Shown piece after piece: positions 1 to 12,424 of a stretch of 64,000 nt of DNA. The position numbers and the translations under genes were made by a program. This DNA comes from Octopus vulgaris (taxonomy: Eukaryota): NCBI GenBank assembly GCA_951406725.2, contig OX597834.1, positions 24,738,001 to 24,802,000 on the forward strand. Reading direction: 5' to 3'. Within the stretch, counting starts at the first letter, position 1; each line of letters opens with the position of its first letter. Under the pieces are notes generated by a model. It was not told the DNA's origin. It ran no database searches and worked only from the letters and a program-made list of their open reading frames with translations.

Positions 1-643
1 GTTCTGCTGGTTTCAGTCACTGGATAGCAACCATGATGAGAGATTGCCTTCAAGGTTTTTTTCTTTGTTTTTAGGCGATTAAATCAACCTAAACTCTGCT
101 ATTCATTTTATTAGTTTCTTCTTTCCAGCCGTTAGGTTATGGGGACCTTTAGATACATATGCAAGTAAAGAAGCCCACAAATAAACAACCCTACCCCCCC
201 ACACACACACACACACACATACACATACAAATACACCCAGCTATCCAAAAAACGCTGTATGTAAATAAGCCATTGGTCGATAAGCAAATGGTGTTTGGCG
301 AGTCGTTTCCAGGTCACACAACCTCGCATACGTTAGACTGGCGCCATTCTTTCTCTCTCTCTCTCTCTCTCTCTCTCCCGTTCTTTCTTTCTTCTTTTCT
401 CTCTTGCCTTCCCTCTCTCTCTCCCCCTCTCACTCTCCCTCCACCCCCCTCTCACTCTCTCTCCACCACCCCTCTCGCTAGTGCTTTTATATCTCACGTG
501 ATGCCCGATCATAAGATGACCACGACTTCGCCGACATCGATATCCACATTTCTCCGCAGAAATATCAACACGCCAGCATCACCACCACCACCACCAACAA
601 CAACAACATCCACGGAAATAGCACAGAAATACTGATGTCACTG

Positions 644-676
<33 letters not shown>

Positions 677-928
677 CCCTCCCTCCCCCCTCTCTCTCTC
701 TTTGCAAAAACGTTGCCAACAAAAATGGCGGGAAATGAAACGAAAATAGAAACGCTGAGCTGTTCAAGTATAAAAGAAAAATTAGTAATATACAACGATG
801 ACGTGTGTGTACATGCACTCGTCTCTCTCCCTCCATCCCTGTCATATTCTCTCTCTCTCTCTCTAAATGTGTGTGTAATTTATCTATCTAAATTTACCCC
901 TTAGCCTCTGCGTGTAATTTCTCTTAGT

Positions 929-1443
929 GGAGGCGCAATGGCCCAGTGGTTAGGGCAGCGGACTCGCGGTCATAGGATCGCGGTTTCGATTCCCAGACCG
1001 GGCGTTGTGTGTGTTTATTGAGCGAAAACACCTAAAGCTCCACGAGGCTCCGGCAGGGGATGGTGGTGATCCCTGCTGTACTCTTTCACCACAACTTTCT
1101 CTCAAGGCAGCGGACTCGCGTTCATAGGATCGCGGTTTCGATTCCCAGACCGGGCGTTGTGAGTGTTTATTGAGCGAAAACACCTAAAAGCTCCACGAGG
1201 CTCCGGCAGGGGATGGTGGTGATCCCTGCTGTACTCTTTCACCACAACTTTCTCTCACTCTTACTTCCTGTTTCTGTACCTGTATTTCAAAGGGCCGGCC
1301 TTGTCACTCTCTGTGTCACGCTGAATATCCCCGAGAACTACGTTAAGGGTACACGTGTCTGTGGAGTGCTCAGCCACTTACACGTTAATTTCACGAGCAG
1401 GCTGTTCCGGAACCCTCGTCGTCGTAACCGACGGAATGCTTCC
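929..1443 (+). mobile_element. tRNA-derived SINE family C with partially duplicated head
   Basis: Pol III A-box TGGCCCAGTGG and B-box-like GGTTTCGATTCC. The head is repeated from ~1106. Near-identical copy at 31810-32190. Confidence 0.9.
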
Positions 1444-1659
1444 ATAATTTCCCTTAGCTTTATCTAGTTTACTGTACGAAATTTCAGTGGTGGAAAACTT
1501 GGGCTCCTTACATTGTAATAATACTAGCAGTGGTCGAAGCAGAGATGTTAAAGGAAAGACTGATGGGTTGCTCTGATTCGTACTGGAGCAAAACTGGCAT
1601 GTATGGGACAAACATCTCCTGAGTTCGAATTCTGACATTAATCGTCACTTAATAATAAT

Positions 1660-1990
1660 AAATTCTTTTATTGGCCACAAGGGCTGACAAAAATTAATTA
1701 TAACATAAAGGGACAAAACACAGGACGAAAGTTACAAAGGGTTTTGTCCGTTTGAAAATCCGTGTAAAAAAACAGTATAACAACGAAAATATTTAACAAT
1801 GAAAAACTTCCAATAGGGGGAGGCGCTTCGAAAGGTTCCTGGTGGAAAAACCCATAAAAGCCACGGGAGCCTGGTCAAAAGTGTGGTAGAGAGCCCCTTT
1901 CTCCTTTTGTCATACCTTTTTCTTACAGGTGTATCCTCAGAAATGGGTCCTTTCATACTGGCCATTCTTGCGACATATATCCACCTTTAA
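1660..1990 (-). mobile_element. 3' end (ORF2 C-terminus + 3'UTR) of L1/Tx1-like LINE
   Basis: Minus strand reads RWIYVARMAS, then a UTR ending CCCTTGTGGCCAATAAAAGAA followed by (TTA)n. Clade assignment is from recall. Confidence 0.55.
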
Positions 1991-1999
1991 TAATAATAA

Positions 2000-2125
2000 T
2001 GATTTCAAATTTCGGCACAAGGCCAGAAAGTTCTGAGGAGGGGATAAGTTGATTATATTGACCCAAGTATTCAACTGGTACTCATTGTATCGACCCCGAA
2101 AGGATGAAAGCTAAAGTCAACCTGA
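2000..2125 (-). mobile_element. SINE family A (A2 tail variant), 3' fragment
   Basis: Reverse complement of the CTTTCATCCTTTCGGGGTCGAT core plus a GGCCTTGTGCC..AATTTGAAA tail. Confidence 0.75.
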
Positions 2126-2510
2126 GTATATGTTACTCAGCCATGTTTCCTCGCCAATGACTACTGGTTGTGCTAAATACTGAAATATCACATTCCTAGC
2201 CCTACTAAATATTTAAATTGATTTTGTGAAATTATTTCTGAAATTCTTGAACTTTTATTTGTAAACAATCACCGCTAGCGCTGCCTTTTCTTTCTCCAAT
2301 TGAAAGCATAAAAATCTCAGTAATTGAATTTCTTTCAAACTATCACCCCTTTAACATATATAGTGTATTTTTATTCTTTTATTTACTTATTACTGAAGAT
2401 ATGACATTCTATCGGTAACATAAACTCCGGAGATGTTTTGTTCCACACAAAAACTACATGAGCTGCCCGACGGTATTGCAAGCTCTTGTAGAGGTGATTA
2501 AGCCTTTACG

Positions 2511-2775
2511 CAATGGTTCTCAACCGGGGCTCATATGACCCCTAACGTCTATGTAAGAATTTTGGGGGTCTACGCAACAAAATAATAAATTAGGTATCCA
2601 AAATTATGTTTTTAAGGTACGTATTTTTTCTCTAACATTTTACAAGTTAATGTCAAAAAAAACCAATAAAAAAGGTATTTTGAAAGAAGTTTCTATAAAA
2701 CTAGTTTTTAAACCTCGAATGGTTATGGGGTCCACCAGAATAAAATAGTAATAAAAAGATTGTTGAGAACCCCTG
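2511..2775. mobile_element. hAT-type MITE
   Basis: TIRs CAATGGTTCTCAAC / GTTGAGAACCCCTG. Related copies at 16988-18537 and 28003-28380. Confidence 0.7.
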
Positions 2776-3114
2776 CTTTATAAACGTCGGATACTCCTCA
2801 ATATCTTTAGCAGATATCTTAGACATTCCGTCTCTTATCTTGAATATTTTCCCTAGTTGGGCAGTGAGGACACAGCTTTTACCTAAAGAAGAGTACCATC
2901 TATGTTCTCTTCTCAACCACAATCACCTTGATCTGCTCTCAGCTAATACGGCTCTCTCTTGGTGGTCATTTTTTTTCAGTTGTTTGGCTTCTGCAAGAAG
3001 CAGCACACTGACCAAACTGGGAAACCTCAACAACTAACTTCAGCAGGGAATGAGGTCGCCTGCCAAACCTCGTGGAATGCCTCGTCGATCGAGTTCTAAC
3101 ATTTGGCATTGTTC

Positions 3115-3494
3115 TCTCTCGCTATCCGCTCAGTCGAAGTCGACTCTCGGGCACTCGTTGGATCAGTGTCCTCCAGTCAGTTCTATCCTGGGCCGCTTCT
3201 TTCAGATTGGCTATGTCCATTCCGGTATCACTCTTGATGGTGTCAACAAGCCAGCGGGTTCTTGGTCGGCATCTTCCTCTCTTGCCACTGACCATTCCGA
3301 GCATGATGTCCTTCTCCAGGGATTTTCTCCGCATAATATGACCGAAATATGCCAATCTATGCTTGGTGATCCTCGCTTCTAGCGGCATTTTTGGCCTTAT
3401 CTGCTTAGGAACTTCTCCATTGGTGAGCCTCGCTGTCCATGGAATCCGTAAAAGTCTTCTCCAACACCAAAGCTCGAATGCATTAATTCTCCTC
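3115..3494 (-). mobile_element. 5'-truncated RTE (BovB-like) LINE insertion
   Basis: Translates INAFELWCWRRLLRIPWTA..YFGHIMRRKSLEKDIMLG..GKRGR.RPRTRW, a classic RTE C-terminus. 11-bp TSD TGGCATTGTTC at 3104-3114 and 3495-3505. Confidence 0.92.
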
Positions 3495-3505
3495 TGGCAT
3501 TGTTC

Positions 3506-3850
3506 AGCTTGTACAAAATGTCAGGTCTGTCTTCCCAGGGCACACTGCAAGCTCTACAATGATTACTGACTTTTGTGCTCCTGGATAAAACAGGAAAATA
3601 TCTGTCGCAGTGATGTTTCTGCTGCAGCCTCTAAGAAAACGAGTCTGCCCTCCAGGTGCACTTGCATCTCCCATATATCATCCACGCATTCCACTTATGT
3701 TTTTATTTAATTATGTTCGACATTTATCCACCTCGTATTCAACTAGTTTGCCACCAGATTCATTGGTTGGTAGATGGTATACTGACCAATATAACCGAGT
3801 GGATGCTTGGATGTAAGTTGACGGGGTTGCTTGGTTCAGGGAAAGTTCTT
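3506..3850 (-). pseudogene. heavily decayed LINE remnant (endonuclease-end-like)
   Basis: Broken frames with ..LNTRW..VE.. resembling the end of the RTE APE domain. It is the host of the RTE insertion. Confidence 0.3.
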
Positions 3851-5022
3851 GACCTTCTATCGTTGTCACCACGCGCACACACACACACACACACACACAT
3901 ATTCTCTCTGTTCTCGCCATCTCTCTTCTACTTCTGTCTCACCCACAATCTATCTCTTTGTAGACCGCGACCTCCCTCCTTCCATCTCCCTATCTTACTC
4001 GTGTCTCTTCTCTTTTTGTTTCTCATTTTAAAGATCTCTCCTCCTCCCTTTTTCTCTTTCCCCATTGCACTTATTCCCCCCCCCCACCATGATTCTTTCT
4101 GTCTCTCATTACCCCGTCTCTTCCTCTGCTTTATCTCTCTCTTTTTCTCTCTTTTTCTCTCTCCCCAACACATGCCTACTTCCACCAGGACAAGTAGGGG
4201 ACTCACTCACGGAAGGTAAAGAAAAAAAATAAAAGGAAATATATACTTGTCACAAGGTGACACAAGTTGACATTACTGGTGTGACAGGTGGACTTTTTGA
4301 TAGTGGCGTTGGTAGTAGTAGTAGCGGTAGTGGTGGTGGCGGTGGTGGGCACTAGTACTGTTGTCGGAAGTATTATAATTGTGATAGTGGTGGTGAGAGT
4401 AGTGAGAATGATGTTGGTAATTGTGTAAGTTAAAGAGTGGGAGGAGAGACAGAGAGGGCAGAAGGAAACGGACGGTGGAGGGGAAGAGAACAAGACATTT
4501 CGCAGTTTATTATTGTTATTATTATTATTATTATTACTATTATTAAAAATAATAAAATAATGGCGGTAGTGGATATATTAGCACGTGGCGGCATGTATAA
4601 CTAGAGGAAACAATTACTTTTTTCTTACTAATTATGATTATTTTCCTTTCCTTTTGCCAACTCATTTCGATATAAACACACACACACACACACACAACCA
4701 AAGAAATGAGCAGAAGCAAGTACACGCTACCATGTGTGTGTATGTGTGTGTATAAATATAGTTCCTTGTGTATATTTTGAGGTTTGCTTGTTGTGGCCGG
4801 TCAGGGAGGGATTATGGGTTTCGCACCAAACAAGCGCTTATCTGCACGGGCGATTCGTCAAACTCAAATGACTGGGTTCACACAACCTCTCTACAATTGG
4901 AAGAAGATTCCTTGTATATCAGAAAGTGAGATGACGATGGAATGGACGATTATTTTATGAACTTCATTAGCTTGCAGTTGTTTCTGCTATCAAGATGCAG
5001 TAGAATCATGTTTTAGTGCCTG

Positions 5023-5545
5023 TGTAACACCTTATAGTTTCATCGGAACCTCGAATATAAAGTGCCAGTGAAGCTATGAGGTGTTACTCAGGCATTCAAT
5101 TATGAGTTCACTGGTTCTTATAACAGAAGCAGCTGTAAAGCTAATAAAGTTCATAAGGTAATCATTTATTCGTTTGTCATCTCTTCTTTCTTGATACCCG
5201 CTCTACTCGACTAACACTTTGTTCTGAGGCATCCGTATATTGTGTTCTACACCAGATTATTTATTTGTTTATTACCCACAAGGGGCTAAACACAGAGAGG
5301 ACAAGCAAGGACAGACAAACGGATTAAGTCGATTATATCGACCCCAGTGCGTAACTGGTACTTAATTTATCGACCCCGAAAGGATGAAAGGCAAAGTCGA
5401 CCTCGGCGGAATTTGAACTCAGAACGCAGTGGCAGATGAAATACGGCTACGCATTTCGTCCGGGGTGCTAACGTTTCTGAATTGTCCTGAATTCTACACC
5501 AGATTATTAGCATCGCAACACTTCGGCGATATATTAAAACGCAAA
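5023..5545 (+). repeat. unclassified interspersed repeat family F, interrupted by a SINE
   Basis: Homologous segments at 12700-12830 (+) and 41810-42060 (-), e.g. CTAACACTTTGTTCTGA...TTCTACACCAG. Confidence 0.6.
5262..5491 (-). mobile_element. SINE family A1
   Basis: B-box GAGTTCAAATTCC, core CTTTGCCTTTCATCCTTTCGGGGTCGAT. 17-bp TSD TTCTACACCAGATTATT at 5245-5261 and 5492-5508. Confidence 0.93.
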
Positions 5546-6539
5546 AACTTCCATCCAGGATAGTGCTAAAAGTTACACACACACACGCACACACTCGCAA
5601 ATATATGTATGGATGTGTGTGTGTGTGTGTGTGAAAAATATATACACAATCACCGTTGCTTATATGTGTTTAGTATTTTGTCGTTCGGAGAATGGCACGT
5701 GTCAAGAAACTCTGAGTAATACCGACGTGAGGAACCATCAATAAAATCTCTCCAACATAACATTGCAACACACGTTCGTTTCACTCAGTTTGTCTCCAGC
5801 CCATCGAGTTATCTACCCTTATCTACTTCACTTTATAATATATTCCCCCACCGCTCTTTCCATTGTACCCGTTATTCAAAGGTCCTGAATTGTCACACTG
5901 TTACAACTACTCAATCAAAATATGGTATAAAAGTACGTGTTTCTGTGGAATACTCAGCCGCTTATATGTTAATTTCAGGAGCAGAAATTCAGTTGGGTGA
6001 TGAAATGAACGTCTATCGTTGAAATCTACGTAAAATCTCGGTATGTAATTATCTAGTGGTGTACCATGTTGGAATACTAATAAATTAATACCCTCATTTT
6101 ATCATCCAATCACAAGATTAAATAACTTAATCATAATCGTTATTTTTAATATCATTTCGCAAATCCAATCTCAGCAGCAACATTAGTTACGCATATCAAG
6201 CGGTGAAGAAATACAACATATTCATTTATAATATGGTGGGGTGATTAATAACCGGGGTAAAATTAGTAATTTCTGATTTTTCGTTATTTTCTCCATACCT
6301 GCATCATCATTATTTTGTCCTGTTGCATCATCTTCAGGAATAAAAATTTGTCAGCTTTGTTAACGTTGTTGAAGTTGAGAGATTTTGAAACGTACTTTTT
6401 TTTTCGAGACATTTTTCCTCAATTATGACCCGACTCTAATTGAGGTTGCTAATAAAACACATGGATAATCAATATTCTTTTCTCTGTTGGATTCCAAGTC
6501 AATTTTCCCCCCACATTAATGTCTAAGTTGATAATTTTT

Positions 6540-6900
6540 CAAAACACGATTTTTCAAAACATGATGTCTAAAATAGGGTAATTTCAATAATTTCTCCTTT
6601 TTTAAATATAGCGGGAATAAAGCCACTCCAGCAGATCAAGAAGAAGCTTTAGACAATATTTTATGTTGAGTTCTGAGATCTAATCGAGTTTCGTTAATTT
6701 CATATCATGTGCCATTTTTCCATGATCCGCTTACATTTCACCTAGATATTTTATATTTTTTATACATTTCTGGTCTTTCTGATGTGTATGAGTCTGTTTT
6801 CAAATGTAATTCTGGAGAATTGAAGAGGTGAACTTACTTTGTCTCGGTTTATTTGGTCCCAGCTAAATTTGTCTATTATGTGCTCAAAGAGAACGGTGAT
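6540..6900 (-). pseudogene. decayed LINE reverse transcriptase fragments
   Basis: Broken frames contain IKYLGE and W..FIPAIFKKG, both RT-like motifs. Many stops. Confidence 0.3.
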
Positions 6901-7103
6901 AATTTTCTGAAATGGTGTTCTGAACCCCCGGAACCATATGGTTGGGAAGGTAGCTTCTTACCACACAGCCACGATTGCACCTATATATATATATGTGTGC
7001 ATACACTGTTTTTTTTTTAGTTCTTTGAATTATTGTTTTCATTCATTCCAATATTCTTTCAAATTCTTGTCATTCGTTGCTTTTCTCTTGCACTAAATTC
7101 TTC

Positions 7104-7141
7104 CTTTTCTGATGAAGGACTTAACGTTCGAAACGTTAAAG
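7104..7141 (+). ncRNA. minimal type I hammerhead ribozyme motif
   Basis: tttt-CTGATGA-A-GGAC(TTAAC)GTTC-GAAACGTT-aaag. Intact core, 4-bp helix II, palindromic ACGT helix III. Confidence 0.7.
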
Positions 7142-7205
7142 TCATTTCTATTTTACTACCTTTGCTAACATAATTACGCTTATAATGTGCTACGCTTACT
7201 TTTTC

Positions 7206-7240
<35 letters not shown>

Positions 7241-7674
7241 ACACATATATATATACGCATGCGCATATAATCTATTTTCTCAGTCCCTATCAGTTTATAT
7301 ATCTAACAATATAGCTCTGTATACGACTAGGTATATTTCTTTATACGCCACCTACTACAATGCATTTCCGTACCCCATCCTACTTCACATTCACTTTTCC
7401 GTTATACCTTAACATGACCCCCATTCCTGTTTCTATAGCTTCTGGTGTTCTTTCAGTGTTTCTTCACACAAATTGCCAGCCGCCGCATCCCCACCCTCTT
7501 CTCTGTACCCCCACTTACTTCTTACCGACCGTCGTTAAGTGCTTCCTGCATCTCACGTTTTCAAGTCTCTGCAATTTTCTCATCAACTGATGAATGAGAC
7601 CAAAGAAGAAAGACAATATAAATATAATTTATTTATATTGCTTTCTTTGGTATTATTCATCTAATAAAACTGTC

Positions 7675-7692
7675 TGTCTGTCTGTCTCTCTT

Positions 7693-7731
<39 letters not shown>

Positions 7732-7802
7732 CTATCTATGTGGCTGTCTGTCTGTCTGTCTGTCTGTCTATCTGTCTGTCTGTCTATCTGTCTGACTGTC
7801 TG

Positions 7803-7837
<35 letters not shown>

Positions 7838-7930
7838 GCCTCTCTCCCCCCCCCCCCCTTCTGACTCTCTATCTAGCTGGCTGCCTGCCTGCTTACTCTC
7901 TCTCTCTGTCTCTCTCCATCTACAGATAGT
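7675..7930. repeat. compound (TCTG)n/(TCTA)n microsatellite
   Basis: Directly visible. Confidence 0.95.
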
Positions 7931-8302
7931 TTTAAAAAATTTATTTATTAACAGACAGATATACAGGTGTTCCACATAGGTAGGTGTTTATGTCAGTCAT
8001 AGGGTTTACGTCTATCAGTTGATTTCGGAGAAGAAATGCATGGCAAAGACAGGAAAATCAGAATCGACCCAGTTATAATATAGCTCTGTAAATCTAACCA
8101 GATGGATTTTATAACTAAATATTTTGCACACTCTTGTATTGTTGTTTAAAGATGCCTTCTTGGTTTACAGTTTGGGAAAATCTATTATTTCTATTAATTA
8201 CTCCAATTAGAGCTAGAAAATCAACAGAGTCTTAATTCTACTAATAATTGCAGGGAAATATGAATTCGAAGATTCATACACTTGCAATATTACAATGTTT
8301 TA

Positions 8303-8530
8303 AGGCTGTGGATCTGGCAGAACCGTTAGCAGAACCCTAACCCGAGCAAAATGCTAAGCGGCATATCGTCAGTCTTTATGTTCTGAGCTCAAAATCCACC
8401 GAGGTCGACTTTGCCTTTCATCATTACGGGGTCGATAAAATAAGTACCAATTGAGCACTGGGGTCGATGTAAGCGTTTTATTACCCCTTCCTCAAAACTG
8501 CTGGCCTAGTACCAAAATTTGAAACCATTA
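8303..8530 (+). mobile_element. SINE family A2
   Basis: TGGCAGAACCGTTAG head, shared core and A2 tail. Confidence 0.85.
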
Positions 8531-9013
8531 TTATAAGGCTTTATTGTAGATACTGTATATATAAAATAAGGAACAATTACGATGTTATTTTTCTTGGCTG
8601 ACGACGACTTTCAGTGCACTTTTACGAAGTCACTCAGTTCGCTGAAATACAACCGTATCCCGATAAAATATATTGTTTATTTTGTTATATATACCTTTTA
8701 ATCTTTTTATTTTTTCATTCAGTTTATATATATATCAAGCTATATAGACATAAACCCAGATTGTTTAGCATGTTGTAGATTCCGGCTGATGTATTTCACA
8801 GATATTTTCAGAAACTACTTTGACTTTTATATATTGGATTGTTTGTCTTATATGATTAAGATAAACAAAGGTGAATATAATTATATGTGTATTTTTAAAT
8901 GGTTAATCTAATTCCACCAAATACACTTGCCATCAATTTCTCTCTCTCTCTCTCAAATATATATGCGTGCGTGTGTGAGTGTGTGCATGCGTGTGTGTCT
9001 GTGTCTATCTATG

Positions 9014-9060
<47 letters not shown>

Positions 9061-9274
9061 AATACTGTAGTGTGTTGAGGTGAGGGGTGTCGGTGATGCT
9101 ACTAGCATTGTACCAGAACAAAAGATGAAATAAAACAACAAAAGCTAAGGAAATAATATTAAAAAGTCAGGCATGCAAAAGGAAATCCCCTCCGCCTCCG
9201 CCCCTCCCCCATCTCGTTCTTTATACAATAGCAAATATGTGTAAATGTGTGAAACTGATGGTATAAGATAACAT

Positions 9275-9720
9275 CTATTGGTGGTGGTGGTGGCGGTGCT
9301 TGTAGGTAGTTATATTGGTGGTGGTGGTGGTGCTGGTGCTTGTGGGCGGTTATAGTGGAGGTGGTGGTGATGGGGGTGTCGGTGTTTGTGGGTGGTTATA
9401 GTGGTGTTGGTGGTGATGGTGAACGTGGCGTTGGGGTAGTGGTGACGGTGGCGGTGCTTGTGGGCGGTTAAAGTGGTGGTAGTGAAGGTGGCGTCGAGGT
9501 AGTGGTGGTGGCAGTGCTTGTGGTCGGGGTCGTGGATATCATGGTGGTGGTGACTACTGCGTATGTAGATACGGTGGCGGTATTCATGTAGGTGGTGGTG
9601 GTGATGGTGTTGGTTGTGATGAAGGTGGTTATGATGGTGGTGGGTAGCGGTGGTGGTGGAAATGGTAGGATTTATAGTTCTGATTATCGTGGTTTTGGTA
9701 GTGGTGGTCACCGTGTTGTT
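9275..9720. repeat. cryptic (GGT)n low-complexity tract
   Basis: GGT/GTG-rich. Similar tracts at 10440-11640 and 18540-19200. Confidence 0.85.
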
Positions 9721-9924
9721 GTTCTTGTTCTTGCTCCTAGCCAGTCGCTATTGGAGTTGGCATCAAAAGCAATCTTGCAATAACCGTCTCGTCTATTTCA
9801 AATATTGTGTCTGTTGGTTGTTGCAGTGGTGATGGTATGGTAAGTATACTGCGGCTGGTGCTGTTTACCTCCACTGACTGCAGGCATTCCGACTATGGCC
9901 ATCCTGTCTTTTTACCTATCTCCT

Positions 9925-10365
9925 TGATCTTTTACTTGTTTCGGTTTGCGGTCATGCTGGGGCACCGCTTTGAAGAATTCTTAGTCGAATGAATTGACCC
10001 CTGTACTCAGTTATTTTAAAACCTGCTACTTATTCAGTTCTTTTGCTGAACTGCTAAGTAACGGGGACATAAACATACCAGCACCGGTTGTCGAGTGGTT
10101 GTAGCGAACAGAGACACAAAGTCATATGCACACACACATACACGCACACACAAACACGTACACACATACACACACACGCACACACATACACACAACAGTT
10201 TCCGTCTACCAAGTCCACTCACAAGGCTTTAGTCAGCCCGAAGCTGTAATAAAAGACATTTGCCCAAGTAGTTACGCTGTGGGACTGAACCCGGAACCCC
10301 ATGGTTCCGGAACCATGGGGTTCTGAAGCAAACTTTTTGCCACACAGCCACGCCTGCTCCTATAT
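9925..10365 (-). mobile_element. SINE family B (CORE-like, internal CA/TA microsatellite)
   Basis: Reverse complement of GGCGTGGCTGTGTGG...GGTTCAGTCCCA...TTGGGCAA. Tail CAGCATGACCGCA...AAGTAAAAG. Confidence 0.88.
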
Positions 10366-10729
10366 GGTAAGAATCCCGAACCACATGATCTAACGTGTCC
10401 TTCTCTGAGTTGGCAAAGCGTGATTTGAGGGAGACTTAGGTATTTGTGGGGGTGGATGGTAATGTTAAGGGTAGTGTTAGGTTTTTGGTGATGGTGATGT
10501 TAGTGGTGGTGGAGACAGTGGAATTTGTTGCAGTGGGGTGATAGTGGTGGCGGTTATAGTAGTCGTGGTAAAGGTATTTTAAAAGCAATAGTACTAGGGT
10601 GATGATGCATCTGGGGACGGGGCAGCGGTGGTGTTGAAGTGGTAGTGGTGGTAGTTGCAGTGGTGATAGTTGATGTGGCGGATGTCTGTGTGTCTAAGAA
10701 CATCAGTGTTTTAAAGTTATGTAAACAGG

Positions 10730-10770
<41 letters not shown>

Positions 10771-11118
10771 TAATAATAACCATTTCTACTAAAGGCCCAT
10801 GGCCTGAAATTTTGGTGGGGGGAAAATCAATTACAGTCACCTCAGTACTCAACTGGTACTTGTTTTACCGACTCCGAAAGGATGAAAGACACCTCAGTGC
10901 AATTTGAACTCAGAATGTAAAGTTGGGCGAAATGTCACTAAGCATTAGTTGTGGTGGTAGTGTTAGCAGTAATAGTGGTGGTTATGGTAGTGATAATATT
11001 AGTAATAGTAATGCTGGTAGGTATTAGTTAAAGGTGGTGCTGTTATACAAACAACAATGGCGGATGTTCTGGTGTTTATTTGAAAGCAACAGAGTATTAT
11101 TATTATTATTATTATTAT

Positions 11119-11153
<35 letters not shown>

Positions 11154-11911
11154 TTCGTAATTTGTGTGTTGGTGGTGCTGGTGTGTCAACATATTTCAAC
11201 GTTATTTTCACAGCAGGTTTTAATCATTGTAAGATGTGTTGGATTAAACCATGCATCGTTTGCTATTGGTGGTAGTAGGGGTGGTTGTGGTGGTAGTAGT
11301 AGTAATGGGGCAGATGGTATGGTGATGGAGATAGTAGAGGTGGTGGTGGTGGTTGTAATGATGGTGTTATTGATGGTGATGGTTACGAAGGTGTTGGTGG
11401 TTGTGGTGATGTTGGTGACGACGGTTACAAAAATGCTTCATAATGGCGTCGGGGTTAATGGTAAGGGCTTTTATTGTGATGGTGATGGGCGCTGATTGTT
11501 GATAGCATTGATGATGATGGTAATGCTATACAGACCCCAGAGACGGTGAATGTGTCGGCGGTGGTAGAGGTAGTAACAGATAATATGAATAGTGGTGAGC
11601 TTAACAGTGATGATGGTTGTCTTTTTGGTGGAAGTAACGATGGTGTTTGGCTGAGGATGAAGTCTTTTGCTGAAGAGCTCAACGTCCCGGTGTAGGAGAG
11701 CAACATCCCTACCACTAGGCCATGCTCCCTTGCACACAACTCCGGAAAAACCTCAGCAGTAACTCAACAATAGGGTTTAAGTGAATGCTCAGTTTTGTGG
11801 AAATAAACCAAATCTGACTCATATTTTTGAGTATCGGTTTCATTTATTTTATTCTAGACGTTCCAATACGCAAACATTAGATATACGTACACGAGTGTAT
11901 ATATATATATG

Positions 11912-12400
11912 TATTAAACAAGAAAATGGAGAGATTTAATGGATAAAATTTATTTATTTAATTAACATTCCCTACAATTGTTTCAATTCACACTCAATAC
12001 AAATTACAAAACATATATAATACAATATGTTTGCATTTTGAAGATTTTGAGTGGAATATCATGAGGACAAAAGGATATTAAAGAAGTTACTTGTTGGCCG
12101 GTTGGGACATTCTAACAGACTTACAATGCCCCAACGTGTCAGCAAATAACTTCGTTAATATCCTTTGTGTGAATTGAAACAATTGTAGGGAATGCTAATA
12201 AATTAATTTTATCCATTAAATCTCTCCATTTTCTCGCTTAATAATATTTGATATTTATAATGTATTTATTGAAGAGGTAGCTCTTCACAGTATAATGTAT
12301 TAAACCAGTGTAACTTGGATGGAACTATCCCTATAAGAGGTTTATATCCTCAAATTGACATATATAAAAGAAAAACAGGTGACATAGGAAAAACGATGGT
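11912..12400. mobile_element. Penelope-like tail with inverted duplication and hammerhead remnant
   Basis: Arms 11912-11993 / 12167-12243 are inverted. Minus strand CTCATGA-long stem-GAAACAATTGTA. Starts in (TA)n. Confidence 0.6.
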
Positions 12401-12424
12401 TATGTTATGAACTCCATATACAAC

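Noticed and set aside
929-1005. tRNA gene
   Set aside because: The tRNA-like A/B boxes are SINE heads that continue into multi-copy bodies with TSDs. No complete cloverleaf.
8596-8820. CTGACGA and CTGATGT..GAAA motifs
   Set aside because: Cores are incomplete or stems do not close. Too degraded to call.
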